A DNA stretch of 64,000 bases, taken from assembly GCF_006345805.1 (NCBI RefSeq), contig NC_043012.1:30008001-30072000 (forward strand). The letters run 5' to 3'. The notes beneath the pieces were generated by a model. The model was not told where the DNA came from, did no database searches, and worked only from the letters and a program-made list of their open reading frames with translations. Shown in pieces: positions 1 through 14,034 of this stretch. The translations under genes and the position numbers were made by a program. Source of the DNA: Octopus sinensis (taxonomy: Eukaryota). Position 1 is the first letter of the stretch, and each line of letters starts with the position of its first letter.

Positions 1-296
1 AAAATCATATTCAGCCTTTCCTTTTCCTCTCGAGGCTCCTCTTCTTTTTTCTTTTCTTTTCTTTTATGTATTTTTCTTCACTCTGATGAAGCTCCATGTT
101 CCAGACCAGATTTATTACCAAATATGATGAATAGTATTTTTAGAATTTTCAATGGCAATACCACATAACATTGGAAGCAGAAACAGCTGTTAGGTGGGAT
201 GCAGTCTATTTGTATTGAATTAAAAAATAATAATTGATGTAAGTCAATTGTTGTTGATTGATATTTCTCCATTTTCTGTTTACTTTTAATTATATC

Positions 297-330
<34 letters not shown>

Positions 331-344
331 TGCTTACATACATA

Positions 345-1310
345 TATTAGATTGGAACAAAAGACCATAATGTTTTATTACATAAAATTCAAAAACAATA
401 TTTAGATATTCGACCATATATGTTCCATTCTGCTCTAGTACCTTTCACCATCTTCGAGACACCTTCGTGGATCTTGGCATCTTTCTCAGTCTGAATTGCT
501 CTAAATGGTTTTTTACTGTCTTCCAAAGAACTCAAATTCTTCCCATTAAGAGAATTTTCTTAGGATCAAAGTAAATGGTAATCGTCAGGTGAGTGTTGTA
601 GGACATCCCAACCTGGCTTTGCCAATTTTTGTCAGGTCTGCAAGGAAATATGAAGTCTAGTGTTGTTCTCAAAAAAGACAACATCCTTCAAATTGGTTAA
701 TTCTGGATGGTTTTCATTGATTGCTTCCTTTAATTGGTCTAATTGGGAACAATAATTATCTGAATCCAGTATTTGATTTTGTAGAAGGTGCTTGCAATAC
801 ACAATATCCTTCCAATCCCACCAGATATAGAGTGTTGTATTCTTTGGACATTGATCAGCTTCTGGTGTGATTAAAAGGGGATTCATTTTGTTTTCTCTAC
901 GACATTTTTCACTCCACATTGTTATAAGCAATCTAATTTTTTATCCCTTGTGATTGGCCTTTTCAAAAATGGTTGCTTTTGTCGCATTTGAATGGAGAAT
1001 TGCAGATGGAAATGCTGTCCATTAGATTTTTGTCAGTTAAAATTATGATTCAACCAAACATAGCGATTCCTCTGTATCCAAGTGTTTCTAAATGCCTTAT
1101 AATGCTCGTGGGATATCTGAAGCAGCTCTGTAGTGTCTCATGTAATGTGACTTGGATTATTTTTGATTAGCATTTCATTTAGGTCATCATCCATCACTGC
1201 ATCCCTGCCAGAACGTTCATGGGCTTCCAAATGAAAATTGCTAAACCCAGCAAACTACTTACAAACAGTTCTCTCAGCAACATCAACTCTATGAATTGCA
1301 CATGCCTTTT
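345..1310 (-). pseudogene. Decayed mariner (Tc1/mariner) transposase copy
   Basis: ORF 632-931 (LYIWWDWKDIVY...YCSQLDQLKEAINENHPELTN..VVFFENNTRLHISLQT) matches the mariner catalytic region (LCIWWDWKGIVY...HQDNARPHVSLQT). Frame-broken flanks give FLKRPITRDKK (TGDEKW region) and WDVL..DYHL..NSLNGKN..EQNGTY. A TIR-like tattagattggaacaaaa lies near 345. Many stops and frameshifts. Confidence 0.9.
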
Positions 1311-2354
1311 TTTTTTTTGTTGTTTGTACAGTAGTTTTTTTCTTTCCAGAAATAGAAGAGCATCAAATGCCAAAAATGCATCTCATTTTTAATATAAAAA
1401 CAGTAGAAATAAAACCATTCCTACATAATCCTATAAATTATGTATTTGGAGTCCATTTACTGGATGCAGGAGAATATTGTGCTGGAAATTGGTATTAAAA
1501 GAGTTAATAAACATTCCATTCCCAACTAAATAAACTGTTTAATCCAGACAAATCTCCTCTCAGTTTAACCATTTATTAAGATTATTTTACAAAAATTTGT
1601 TCTTATCAGAATTCTCCTGTTTTGGAAGCCACTCCTCCATAAAAGTAAGAATTTCTCGATCTCCACTCCTCAATTTCGGGGTTATTTCCATTGTTTTGTT
1701 TTTTTTTTTGCATTTTCTGTATTACTATAATCATTTTATTTTCCCTTCCTTATTAAAATGAAGCAGATGGTTTATTTTATTTTAGCAGAAACTCTCTTCT
1801 TTTTCTTTGAGCAGAAGATGAGTGGATGGGTGGTATTTATCGATTTCTTCTTAGATTCTACCAAAGAGAGTAATTTTTTAATTGCAATCATCTTGAATCT
1901 CATGCTGTCTTGCATTCATACCATCCATGCTGATTCTATCATCCTGAAACTTGCCCAAATTTGTTACCTTGAATTTTAAAAAAATTAATTTAGAACAAAA
2001 AGTTGAAATCTTAAAAAGATCCAAGTATTTTCCAGTTACCCCCACCCTACCCCTCTATGTTCTTTTTTCTCTTACACTCTCTATCCCTCTCTTTCACTTC
2101 CACAGTCAGGAATATCATTCAATTTTTTTTTATAGATTACACTTTGAATATCGTAAAATTGTGAATTTTCTTATTTAATTTTATCTTCATTATTAATGTG
2201 GAGGTTGTTGGGGGGGGGGGGGAAGAAGACATTTTATGAGTTTTTACACTGCTGACTCCTCAGAATGAAAGGAGAAATAAAAGAGTTTGCATTGGAATTC
2301 TTATACTGAAGGAGGAAAGACATTGATTTCCAGTTCTTTAGAGACAAGGCTTAC

Positions 2355-2459
2355 CTCCGCTCATCTCGTGTCACATCATTCAGCCATCACCAGCACCATC
2401 ACCCACACGGATACAATGAAGAGGAGTTTGAAGAGGAATAAAATGCAAAGAGTCTTCAT
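2355..2459 (-). other. Signal-peptide-like mini-ORF/exon with two in-frame TGA
   Basis: Translates MKTLCILFLFKLLFIVSVWVMVLVMAE*CDTR*AE and ends at a phase-0 donor GAG|gtaagc. No transcript evidence. Confidence 0.2.
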
Positions 2460-4515
2460 AGCTGGCTTGTTGGTCAACTTCCTCATAAAACCATAAACAA
2501 TTGGTACTTTGTCAACCCATCAGGATCAGTAGCCAGATCTCAAGTAGTCAAGTAGCCAACTATTGTGGCTACTTGAGATCTGTTTGACCAGAGCTGACGT
2601 GTAATAATATCAAGCAACAATGAAGCCTCTACATAGTCATTGAACCAGCTAGAAACAACAGCCAAATTTGTGCTCAGATTGCATCACAAGGCAGTGATTT
2701 TCAAACAATGAGTCAGTCACAGGGCACTGGTGTCTTATCTTTTTTTTTTTTAATCTTTTCATCAAGAGGGAAGGTCAGGGTGTATGAATGACCCTTTACA
2801 GACCCTTGACGACTGGTGGAAAAGGAGGAGGAATGAAGGAAGGTATCCTGCTACAAATTCCTGCAACAGAGTTGATTCTGAAAAAGACATTCCATGGCCT
2901 GTTGGTGGTGCTAAGCAACAGATTAAGTCTCTTAAGACTGCCATCCATAGAGGCCACAACAGGATTTGAACTCCAAACACAAAGAGCCAGAGCAAATTAC
3001 AGCAAAGCATATTTCCTCCAGTTGCCCGACACTGGACACTTTCTTTATTGTCACCAGAAAGATGAAAGGTAAAGCTGATCTCTGTGGGATTTGAACTTTC
3101 AATGCAAGGTACCAGAAGGTAATTCAGCCAATGCTCTGACAATTCACAGTTGACAGATTTTGAAAAATACAATTTTAGGCTTTAGAACATTCCAGCATGT
3201 GACGAACATTTTGAAAAATGTTACAAAAAGCTGTTTTATAAACAAGAATGAATAAAAAACCAAGAGAAGCAACATCCTCATCTTTGTCATCAGTTAAAAA
3301 CCAGTGTCCACTTTTCCATGCTTGCATGGATCAGATGGAATTCATTGAGGCTGATTTTCTATGCCTGGATGCCTTTCCTGTCATCAGCCCTCACCTGTTT
3401 CCATCTGAGGTAATATTTGACCAATGTTAGACATATTTACACAGAAGATTGGAAATGAAGAAGGACATATATAAGATGGGAATGCACATATACCAATGCA
3501 GCACGATAACGACAAACACACACACACATAGACAAGAAGGGCTTCTTTCAATTTCTATCTACCAAATCCACTCACGAGGCTTTGGTCAGCCCAAGGGTAT
3601 ATTAGAAGATATTTGTTTTGATCAAGGTGCCATATGGTTGGTAAGCAGACTCCTTAACCACTTTTCCTCCTAAATTTTTAATTTTAAAACTATTACTATT
3701 TTCAACTTTATTTTCAAATTTATTATTTGGGAGGCAAAGTGGCTGAGTTCCTTTCAAGTGTTGGGTCTCACAGACGCAATGGCCAAGACCTTTGGCATTA
3801 TGTCGCGCTTGAGAAGACCCATCAAGCTGAGCAAAATCACAATCACGACAGATACTGGTGTCACGCAAATGGCACCCATGCCGATGGCACATAAAAGCAC
3901 CTATTACACTCTCAGAGTGGCTGACATTAGGAAGAGCAGAAACCATACCAAACCAGACTTGAGTCTGGTGCAGCCTTCCAGCCCTGGTCAAACTATCCAC
4001 CCCATGCCAGCATGGACAATGGATGTTAAATGATGATGATGAACTTCTCATACATAGCGTACCAGTATTTATTTATTTGATGTTTTGTGGGCCACAAATC
4101 CAAAATCATTGAGAACCTCTGCCCAAATAACTTTAAAATAACAAAGTCACATTGAATAACGTAACCCTAGATATATTTTGGCTGAATAAAACTGGGGAGA
4201 TGTTCATAACTTGATCATAAAGTTTGAACAATCAGGACCAACCTGGGACAAAACACCAGCAAATCGGGAATGTACAACAAAAAACTGGTTAGAAGAAGAA
4301 TAAATTTGAAAATAGATGAAAAATGCAAAAATGTATGTCTATGTAAGAAGAAAAGAGATGTGTGAGAGAGAGAGAGAGAGAAAGAAAGAAAATCAGTGAG
4401 TAGGTTTCACAAAAAAAAATAAAATAAAACTAAGCAGGTTTTTTTTTTGTTTCGTTTGTGTTATTAATGATGTCAGAAAGTGGTTGGGTAGTTTGGTTTT
4501 TTTTCTTCTTTGCAG

Positions 4516-4598
4516 CCTGGTTCAATAGGTTTGAAGTTGTGGGCCGACATCAGCATAATCCACCATTACTTAACCTAAATTCTCTCAGCACACGCTAA
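4516..4598 (+). CDS. Possible terminal coding exon of an unidentified plus-strand gene
   Basis: Strong acceptor ttttcttctttgcag| followed by an open frame WFNRFEVVGRHQHNPPLLNLNSLSTR*. No upstream exons found. Confidence 0.2.
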
Positions 4599-7500
4599 CC
4601 AGGCAACACCCAAATACCTGTGCATCATTGAGAGAAGTACAAGAAGTGACTCCTGATCATTGGTAAATTGTACAAGAACACCTTGGCGGCGGCGGCAGCA
4701 GCAGCTTCAAAACAACTCAAAACAATTCTACTACAATTGTAGAGGTGATTGGAGCTAAAGTTGAGTGGGAAAGGAAATAGGAGTGGTTACAAGTTCAATT
4801 CTTACCATGTGCTAATGGATTTGGCCCCCACAGCACAGCACCCCTTGGGTGTCTTCTACTAGAGCACCAGACCAACCAATACCTTACAAGGAAATATGGT
4901 AGACAGAAACCACAGGAAAGCGCATCTTGTGTGTGTCCATACACACATGTATACATATATGCAATAAATACACTTATGTACTTGTATATACAACATATAT
5001 ATATACCTATACACACACATGTATATATTATATGTGTGCATGAATACTGATATTTTGCTTGTCACCTTTTGACTGAGCAGGTGACATTGACATACTGGTT
5101 GCTCTACACTTCCAAAGACCCTTGGAATATAAGGAAAAAAAACCCATCCCTTGCTTGAAACACAGGTAAGGGGTGGAGGCAAGAACGTCCAACCCTAAAA
5201 TTCTGCCTCAAATGACTCCCAATCCAAAGCCAGACAAATTTGGTAAGGAAGGAACAATCAATGTTATCACCCCCACCCTCCCCCATACTTGACTGGTACT
5301 TTATTTTATCAACTCCCAGAAAAATGGCAAAGCAGACCTCAACAGGATTTGAACTCAAAATATAAAGGGACACAAACACACAGGATATTTTGTTTGCCCT
5401 TGTATATTCCAACATAAACAAAGCCTTAAACTTTACAGATGGAATGCAATTAAATCAACTTTAATTACTGGAACAGCTCTGAGTTGATTACCAAAGACTT
5501 CGAGTGCATTGTATACTTTTCGTGGCATCAGTACAGCAAGGGTTGCCTTGTGGTTTACAAAGCAAAAGAGAGCACCTTTCTGTGAAATATTCTTGTTCCA
5601 TTTTTTTCCCCAAAAACTCACATAGTCAAGAAGCAGCTTAAATACTTTGAAAAGGGGCTTGCTGTGTCTTGTTCTGTTCTTGCTTGTATACATCTTTTGT
5701 GGGTTTTGGTTTTGGATATATTAAACAAGAGTTCTAATACTGAACACGCTTCCATGTTTCATTTGATATTTACTTCAAGATATTCAGGTTTGTGTCTCAG
5801 GAGATAACTTTCAGGTATGCATCAAAAAGTCCCAACCAACCCATGGCAATATGCAAAAACAGACAAAAAAGGATGAAGATATGTGGTGGCATTAGGAAGG
5901 ACATCCAGCCAAAGAAACCAGGCTGAAGCAGACACTGGAGTACGGTTCAGTTCTTGGGCCCATTGAATCTTGCCAAACAACCCAATCCATACCGGCATGG
6001 AAGAAGCATGCTAAATGATGATGATACGAGTATTACTCATCATATGATGGCTAACTTTGGAAATATACTTTTGCCACAATCACCAATCAAATAAAACTTA
6101 AGTTATAATTATTGCATGTATGCCACGTTACCCTTGATGGCAGAAATGTATTAAATATTATTACAGCAATTGTATTGATATATTTATTTGGAATAATTTG
6201 CTATAAATTCTTAAGTTAGTGAACACCCAGGTGACTAATGCAAAAAATGACTGCTAATGAACAGCTTACTGGAAAAGCATGTAAGGAAAATAAATATTAA
6301 CTTTTGCAAGGCCTTTTCCCCCTACAGTCTCTTTTTCTCTTTCTCTCACTATGTATATGTAGCATTCCTTTACTCACTGCCTGCAACCAAGCCTAGTATG
6401 TGCACTCATCTTGTCCCTCTTATATCAATTCTCTTTCTGTCTCTCTCTTGCACACACCCCCACCTTGTTAGATGACATAGTGTGACTGGAGAAATCAATT
6501 AATGGATGAACTAATTAACATTTACATTGGATATTATTAAATAAACAAGACAGGCAGTCAACCTACACAACAAACATCAACCATATGTGTGAAACAAATG
6601 ATCAACTAACCAACATACACATAAACAAACATTGACAAAATAGTATAATATAGAGAGGTGGTGACATTAGAGAGTGCTGTGTGTGCATGGACATCATTAA
6701 CTCGTATGTGTGTTAAAATACAACCTATTCTATGATGTTGGAATAGAAATTACTTCCAACCAACGCGACTCCGTTACAGACAGCACCCTTCATTCCACAA
6801 CACTCATGTCAGATACATCTACTTCCATGAACAAACCCCTTAAAAACACTCCCTAATGGGGAGTGGGGGTGACACCCACGATATCCTAATCTGTCAGTTA
6901 TTGCACATATCAAGGAAATGTTATCAATAAATAAGTGAATGGAGAAGCATTGACAGGGTCACTGACCTTCTAGAAGTAACAGCTAAATTTCCATCAACTT
7001 ACACTCTGCTACTGTAGAAAAGGAGAAACTAGAGAATGACCCTGAAGTCCTGGAATAAGTAGGACGGTCAGGACAGACGTACAGCTCAACAACTAAGATG
7101 GAATGGTCACAGCTGGAATGTCTTTGATCATATGCCTGTCTCTTCAAGTATGGCTACACTGGAGCTACAGTAATAACAGCCAAATTCAACCACATACTCT
7201 CTCCTTAGCAATGAGAGAACCATTATGAGATCACAATTTACTGTCTTAAAATAATGCTAGATAAATGGGATAGGTCAGGTTGGAATGCCTTTGATCAAGG
7301 GTCTACTGGATCAGTATTGACCTGGGGTTAAACAACAGCATATTCCCCCTTCATCCTGTATGTTTCACACCCTGAATCTCGTTCACCAAACGTTGGATTA
7401 CACACTTCACTGCCATCACTTGCTCACAATCTTCCCTTCAGACACAATGACCTTACAGCTTGGCCTCACTAATTTAGGGTGGCCAGAAAAGGAAGTGGGC

Positions 7501-7605
7501 AAACAGAGACTAAAAGGTCAACAACAATATAATCATAGCGCGTGTGTGTGTGTGTGTGTGTATGCTTTAGTTAGTGCGTGTTTCTTCGGATATATGATAC
7601 ATTGA

Positions 7606-7638
<33 letters not shown>

Positions 7639-9112
7639 GAAGATATGAACCATTATTGTATGTGCATATAATATATATATACATATATGCGTACACACAA
7701 ACACACATATATATACATATACAGTATACAATATATACATGAATATATGTAATATATACATACATATAAAATACGTGTATATATTTATACACACACACGC
7801 ACTTGTCTATATTACACAACCTTATACAATAAGAAATTCAGTGACAAGTGTGGGGGATGAGAGAGAAATAGAGAGCGGGGAAGGAACGATGGCCGCAGCA
7901 ACGGTATTTCTATTCTCATCTTACTCATGGTGTGATGTTGTGGTCTATATCCATCACTCCCAAGGAAATGAAGAGGGTTGAAAGATAAGTGAGAGAAAGA
8001 GCATAAGTAGGAGAAACTAAGGAAATGGCTGGGAGTAAAATCAACGGATAGGGATGCAGTTCACCACATCAGCATGGAAAGACGACGGCCTAGAGACAGA
8101 TGTCAACCACCACATCACGAGAAGCGGAAGATGATTAATGCCGCCCAAAGTAAGAAAGGAAGTGATAGTAACAGGGGTGGATGCGGTTCACAACATCCCT
8201 GTCAAGATGACGTTGACAATTCAAAACACCGCAGAGAACTGACTGACGCAAGGCTTGGGCGAAGCGATGAATAAAGCACATCAGATGGTGAAGCTATCGG
8301 GATGTAGAGATGGATACAAACCACATCATCACATGGCAAACAAGTAAATGTAACCATAGATAAACACCACAACATCACGATTGGGGGTGAAAGCAGAAAT
8401 GCAGTGACGTCGACAAAGCGGTGAGGGCAAACCCAAGGTTAATTGCCGTTTAAATAGTTGCTGTTAGCAATACTGGGTGTGTAAATATACATACCAATAC
8501 ACACACACACACAATCATATATATATATATATAATTGCATTTTTCATTAGCTAAGAATACTATAGGAATTATTCAAGAGTCGAGGGTTTCGTGCCAAAGC
8601 ACTTACCAAACTAGATATGCATGCGTATGTGTGTGTTCACACACACAAGCTCACAGTCTATCAACTTATATATCTACACAGAAATTCGTACGTACACTTA
8701 TATGCAACGGGACCCACAAACTGAGAGATATGTGCGCGAATGGATGCATGTGTGTGTGGGTGTGTGTGTAACGAAATTCAAATAATACGCACAAATAAGC
8801 CCCATAGAACTATAAAATGGTTACACACACACATGTGGAAGTATGTGTGCGTATATGTGCATGAGGAACAAAAATTTCTACACCCATCACCTAATACGCA
8901 TATTACATTTTTTCATAGAACTATAAAGGAAAGATAGACAAATATAAGGAGAGATGTGCATATTATATATATGGGCGAGTAAGTGCCCGCATACGCGACG
9001 TGCAAATTTTGAAGGGATTATACACACGTGCAGATACACGTGTACGAACACATTTATGTGTGTTTGTAACTATGAAGCAAGTGTATACACATTAATGTGC
9101 GTATATGCAATC

Positions 9113-9124
9113 TATCTATCTATC

Positions 9125-9199
<75 letters not shown>

Positions 9200-9216
9200 T
9201 ATATATATATATTATA

Positions 9217-9248
<32 letters not shown>

Positions 9249-9455
9249 GGAGAGAAAGAATTTGTATACACGTTAAAGTACGTGTGTGTATACGCGCGCA
9301 CACACACACAAAATACAATATTAACTATATACAATCAGCTATTAATATTAGCACATACGTTGTTTTATCACTCAACACAATATAAAAATATAAACACAGA
9401 ATTCATTCACACTGGCATCATACAGTCACATACCGTGTGGGTATGTGTGTGTGTG

Positions 9456-9535
<80 letters not shown>

Positions 9536-9617
9536 GTCACAAAGAAGTAGTTAGAAAATCTTTTACGAAGAGCATCAACTTACTTTGGCGATTCCAATAA
9601 CAAGAACAATGTACAGC

Positions 9618-9673
<56 letters not shown>

Positions 9674-9720
9674 ATGTATATCTATGTATGTATGTACGTG
9701 TGTGTGTGTGTGTGTGTATT
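9113..9720. repeat. Cluster of (TA)n/(CA)n/(TG)n microsatellites
   Basis: Directly visible dinucleotide runs; they generate the IYIYIY/CVCVCV ORFs. Confidence 0.95.
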
Positions 9721-9936
9721 TATACTGTTGCGAGAAAGGTGGATTCGTGTTGTTAGATGCGTTAAGCCGATTCCAGTAAAGTTCTGTCGAAGAACAGGCA
9801 GCCTGGTCAGAACGAAAATTGCGAGGCGAAAGGAAGATAACAGAAAAAAATGTTGGCAGATTTACCTCCTCCCGAGATGTTGACGTTCACCATTTGTTGC
9901 GGTAATTGGGCATGTATGGGAAGCCACCCGTGTAAC

Positions 9937-9937
<1 letters not shown>

Positions 9938-9967
<30 letters not shown>

Positions 9968-9993
9968 TATTATGTATATATAATATATATATA

Positions 9994-10041
<48 letters not shown>

Positions 10042-10044
10042 AAA

Positions 10045-10084
<40 letters not shown>

Positions 10085-10424
10085 ATATAATATAATATAT
10101 ATATAATATATATAAAAATATATATAATATATATATAAAAATATATAAATATATATATATATATATATGTATATATAATATATATATAAAAAATATAATA
10201 TAATATATATATATATATTATATATAATATATATATAAAAATATATATATATTATAAAAAAATATATATATATTATAAAAAATATATATAATATATATAA
10301 ATATATTATATATATATATATAATATATAATATAAAAATATATAATATATATAATATATATAAAAATATATATAATATATATATATATATAATATATATA
10401 AAAATATATATAATATATATAAAA

Positions 10425-10482
<58 letters not shown>

Positions 10483-10712
10483 TATATATATATAATATAT
10501 ATATAATATATATATATATATAAATATATATATATTATAATAATAATAGATATATATATATATATATATATAAATATATATATATATAATATATATATAT
10601 ATAATATATATATAATATATAATATATACAATATATATATATATATATAATATATATATAAATATATATTATATATATAATATAATATATATATATAATA
10701 ATATAATATATA
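9938..10712. repeat. ~0.78-kb interrupted (TA)n low-complexity tract
   Basis: Almost pure A/T sequence with TATA, TAA and AAAA interruptions. Confidence 0.95.
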
Positions 10713-11105
10713 TCATCATCATCATCGTTTAACGTCCGTTTTCCGCGCTAGCACGGGTTGGACGGTTTCGACCGGGGTCTGGGGAGCTCGGGACTGCCCC
10801 AGGCTCCAGTCTAGTCTGGCAGTGTTTCTACAGCTGGATGCCCTTCCTAACGCCAACCACTCCGCGAGTGTAGTGGGTGCTTTTTACGTGCCACCTGCAC
10901 AGGTGCCAGAGGGGTCTGGCATCGGCCACGTTCGGATGGTGCCTTTTATGTGGGGGGGGGGTGCAGAAATATAGGGGAGCACCAGTGGGGAGGGGTGGTT
11001 CAGAGAAATGATGACAGGTTCTAGGCAAGTAGAACGTAGGATATCGAGAGAGGGGTAATGCATGGTGAAATAGCGTATTGAAGAGGGGGTTTCGAAGAGT
11101 AGACA
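10713..11105 (-). mobile_element. RTE-type LINE 3' end / LINE-tail SINE (family C), inserted in a TA tract
   Basis: (CAT)n tail plus cgtttaacgtcc...ggatgcccttcctaacgccaacc. The same motif recurs many times in the window. Confidence 0.8.
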
Positions 11106-11120
11106 CCTATAATGGTGGTG

Positions 11121-11186
<66 letters not shown>

Positions 11187-11210
11187 TATATATATATATA
11201 ATATATATAT

Positions 11211-11287
<77 letters not shown>

Positions 11288-11305
11288 ATATATATAATAT
11301 ATTAT

Positions 11306-11345
<40 letters not shown>

Positions 11346-11821
11346 TATATAGATAGATAGATAGATAGATGTGGTGTGTGTGAATTATGGCATTGGAAAA
11401 TTTCTCCAAGGTATCTCCTTTATGGAGTTTCGTGCTAACTACCAAGCTGGAGATGATGAGCCGAAAATCATTTTAATTAATAAAAGTTGCCACCCTAATA
11501 AGAAAACAAGATCTAACGTTAATGAAAATTGTTTCTCGGCAAAGAAAAATGGGGAAAATTGAATATTTCTCTAAGCTAAAAATGAATTTTAATTGAGGCC
11601 AGTGGGGCAAAGAGAATTAGAGTTGGTGATATTTGGTTGTTATGCGTGAAGTAAGTTTTGCTGAAAAGATTCAATAAACCCGAAACGTGGCTGGATTAGT
11701 CAGCGTTGGTGCCAAAGGTTACATCAATTCCCCTTATTTTGAATTTCTTCATTAAGTTCAATTTTAGTTGATTGAAATATTCATGGATGTTCTACTTTAC
11801 CTTCTCTAAGAACATCTTTAA

Positions 11822-12041
11822 CCCTTTAGTGTTTAAACCGGCCATATCCGGCCCAAATATTCTAAATGTTTTATATTCAAACTGGCCATTTCTAGCCTCT
11901 CACACCTAACCTACAATGACATTCTAAAAATACACAATCATATCATTGAAACCTGAAAGCTATTAGACAATGCATGATTAATTCAAAACAATTTGAGTGA
12001 AAAAGTATTACATTTAATAGAGAAATTTGAACACCAAAGGG
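11822..12041. mobile_element. piggyBac-like MITE
   Basis: TTAA|CCCTTTAGTGTTTAAA ... TTTGAACACCAAAGGG|TTAA: TTAA target duplication with CCC/GGG termini, 220 bp. Confidence 0.8.
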
Positions 12042-12176
12042 TTAAACAATTAAAGGTTACATTAGCTTCATTAAGGGATGGTATCATCCGCTGTGAGATT
12101 CTTTAATACAAAACATAAAAACCTAACGGTATATCTTTTTTTCTTCCCGTCTGAAGAGAGATTTTGCCTAATATAA

Positions 12177-12498
12177 TCATCATCATCATTTAACGTCCAT
12201 TTTCCATGCTTAGCATAGGTTGGACGGTTCGACCGGGGCCTGGTAAGCCATGGAGGCTGCACCAAGCACCAGTCTGATTTGACAGTGTTTCTACAGCTGG
12301 ATGCCCTTCCTAACGCCAACCACTTCGCGAGTGTAGTGGGTGTTTTATACGTACCACCAACACAAGGGCCAGGAGGCTGGCAAACGGCCACGATCAGTTG
12401 GTGCTTTTACGCGTCAACGACACGGACGCCAGTCAGTCGGCGCTGGCATCTGCCACGTTCGGACGGTGCTTTTTACGTGTCACCGGCACGGGTGTCTT
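12177..12498 (-). mobile_element. Family C LINE-tail SINE
   Basis: (CAT)n tail and the same core as 10713-10950. Confidence 0.8.
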
Positions 12499-12521
12499 GA
12501 TTTTAATAATTGCTATTTAAT

Positions 12522-12558
<37 letters not shown>

Positions 12559-12660
12559 TTCAGCAAAATTTAGATTCAGATGAATATGGTACTTAAGTTA
12601 AAGGCACCAGAATTTTGCATGGTATTATCCATATAAATCAAATGGGGTGATAATAATCAA

Positions 12661-12834
12661 AATAAGCAACAAGTATATCCAAGGTAGAGTAGTACAATTT
12701 TCCAATTAATTGGAAAATTCTATAAGTGGCTTTGCTCGACATTTTAAAACTGATGTAATACTTCCAGTGTTTAATAAAATGAAGTAGCATGAAACAATTG
12801 TACTACTCTACCTTGGATATACTTGTTGCTTATT
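12661..12834. repeat. Perfect 39-bp inverted repeat with 96-bp spacer, probably a Penelope-like terminus
   Basis: 12661-12699 is the exact reverse complement of 12796-12834. It shares the tactctacc motif with the tail of the ribozyme element. Confidence 0.75.
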
Positions 12835-13699
12835 ATATATATATATTTTAAGTTTTTGATGACGACCCGTAAACCGAAATTTCGACGTGACTGTCAGCCT
12901 TTGTAAAAATTAATAAATACTGAACTAAAAGCAAAAAGAAAAGTATTCAGTGATTCTTCAGTTTGTTAAATTGTTTTTGTGCGTAAAACTTCAAATAAAA
13001 ACAAAACATCAACACGCACGGACGAGCAGACGTTTGCAAGACTTAAATCAAACTCATCGACCATATTATTTTAGTCAATAGGGAAGATCAATGTATATGG
13101 TACATTCATAGGGTCTCCAAGACAGCTGGGAAGAAGAGAGAAGGGAATCCTAAACCAAAGACCTCGTTCGAATGCTTATAACAGAGTTGACTCTTCCGCT
13201 AAAGGTGTCCAGCGTTGAGTGCCTGGCAGATTCTTATCGTTTATATACCCGTAATGATAGGATCGATCGCAAGTGAGAGCACAAAGAGCCGGAATGAATA
13301 GTATAAGGCATCCAGTTCGACACTCTTGTATTAGTCCCGGAAGAATAAAAATGTAATGGTGACTTCGGCAGTATTTGAACTTAGACCCCAAATACTGAAA
13401 GGCAGGTCGTTCGATGCTTTAACGACACTGCCACTTGGTGACCTGACTACATCTTCATTATTACTAAAAGAGGTGAACTGGCAGAGCCGTTCGCAAATGT
13501 CGAGCGGCATCTCGTTTGTTTTTATGCTTTGAGATCGACTTTGCCTTTCATTCTTTCGGGGTCGATAAAATAAGTACCAGTCAAGTATTGGAGCCAACTA
13601 TCTCCAACCTCCAAAATTTCAGGCGTTATGCCTATAATAGAGAGGGTTATTACTAAAAGGACTTTCTAACATACTTGATATGTATGTTGGTGAGTTGTA

Positions 13700-14005
13700 A
13701 AAGCCTAAGACCGATTGGTTAGAGTTGTTGTACTCACGATTTTGAGATTGTGCCTTCGATTCTCAAATTGGGAAGCGATTTATGTTTTTGAGTAAAATGT
13801 TGTTCCAATCTACTCGGTTGAAAAGGAGTCCCGGCAATGGCTGGGGATTAATCCTGAGTTGGACTAGGATGCAATTCAAGGACGACGGGGGAGAAGGGGC
13901 ATATTGTTCTCTTGGGCACTTATGTCACGCAAACCTAATGAAGCCGAAGGCTGGTGATAGACCTCGGACATAATTATCGGAAGGGTCTTCATAAGGGTCT
14001 TTCAG
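13700..14005 (+). mobile_element. Degenerate tRNA-headed CORE-like SINE
   Basis: tRNA-like head and central block resembling 39450-39690. Confidence 0.45.
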
Positions 14006-14034
14006 TAAGCTATATATATATATATATATATATA

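Noticed and set aside
1-120. Lys/Glu-rich coding exon on the minus strand
   Set aside because: Frames are interrupted by stops, there is no convincing acceptor, and it is truncated by the window edge.
4795-4930. Apparent minus-strand exon ending at gtaaga
   Set aside because: The donor comes from the family B SINE head (gtgtggtaag); the segment is a decayed SINE.
9105-10631. ORFs with IYIYIY/CVCVCV content (and similar ORFs across the window)
   Set aside because: Microsatellite artefacts.
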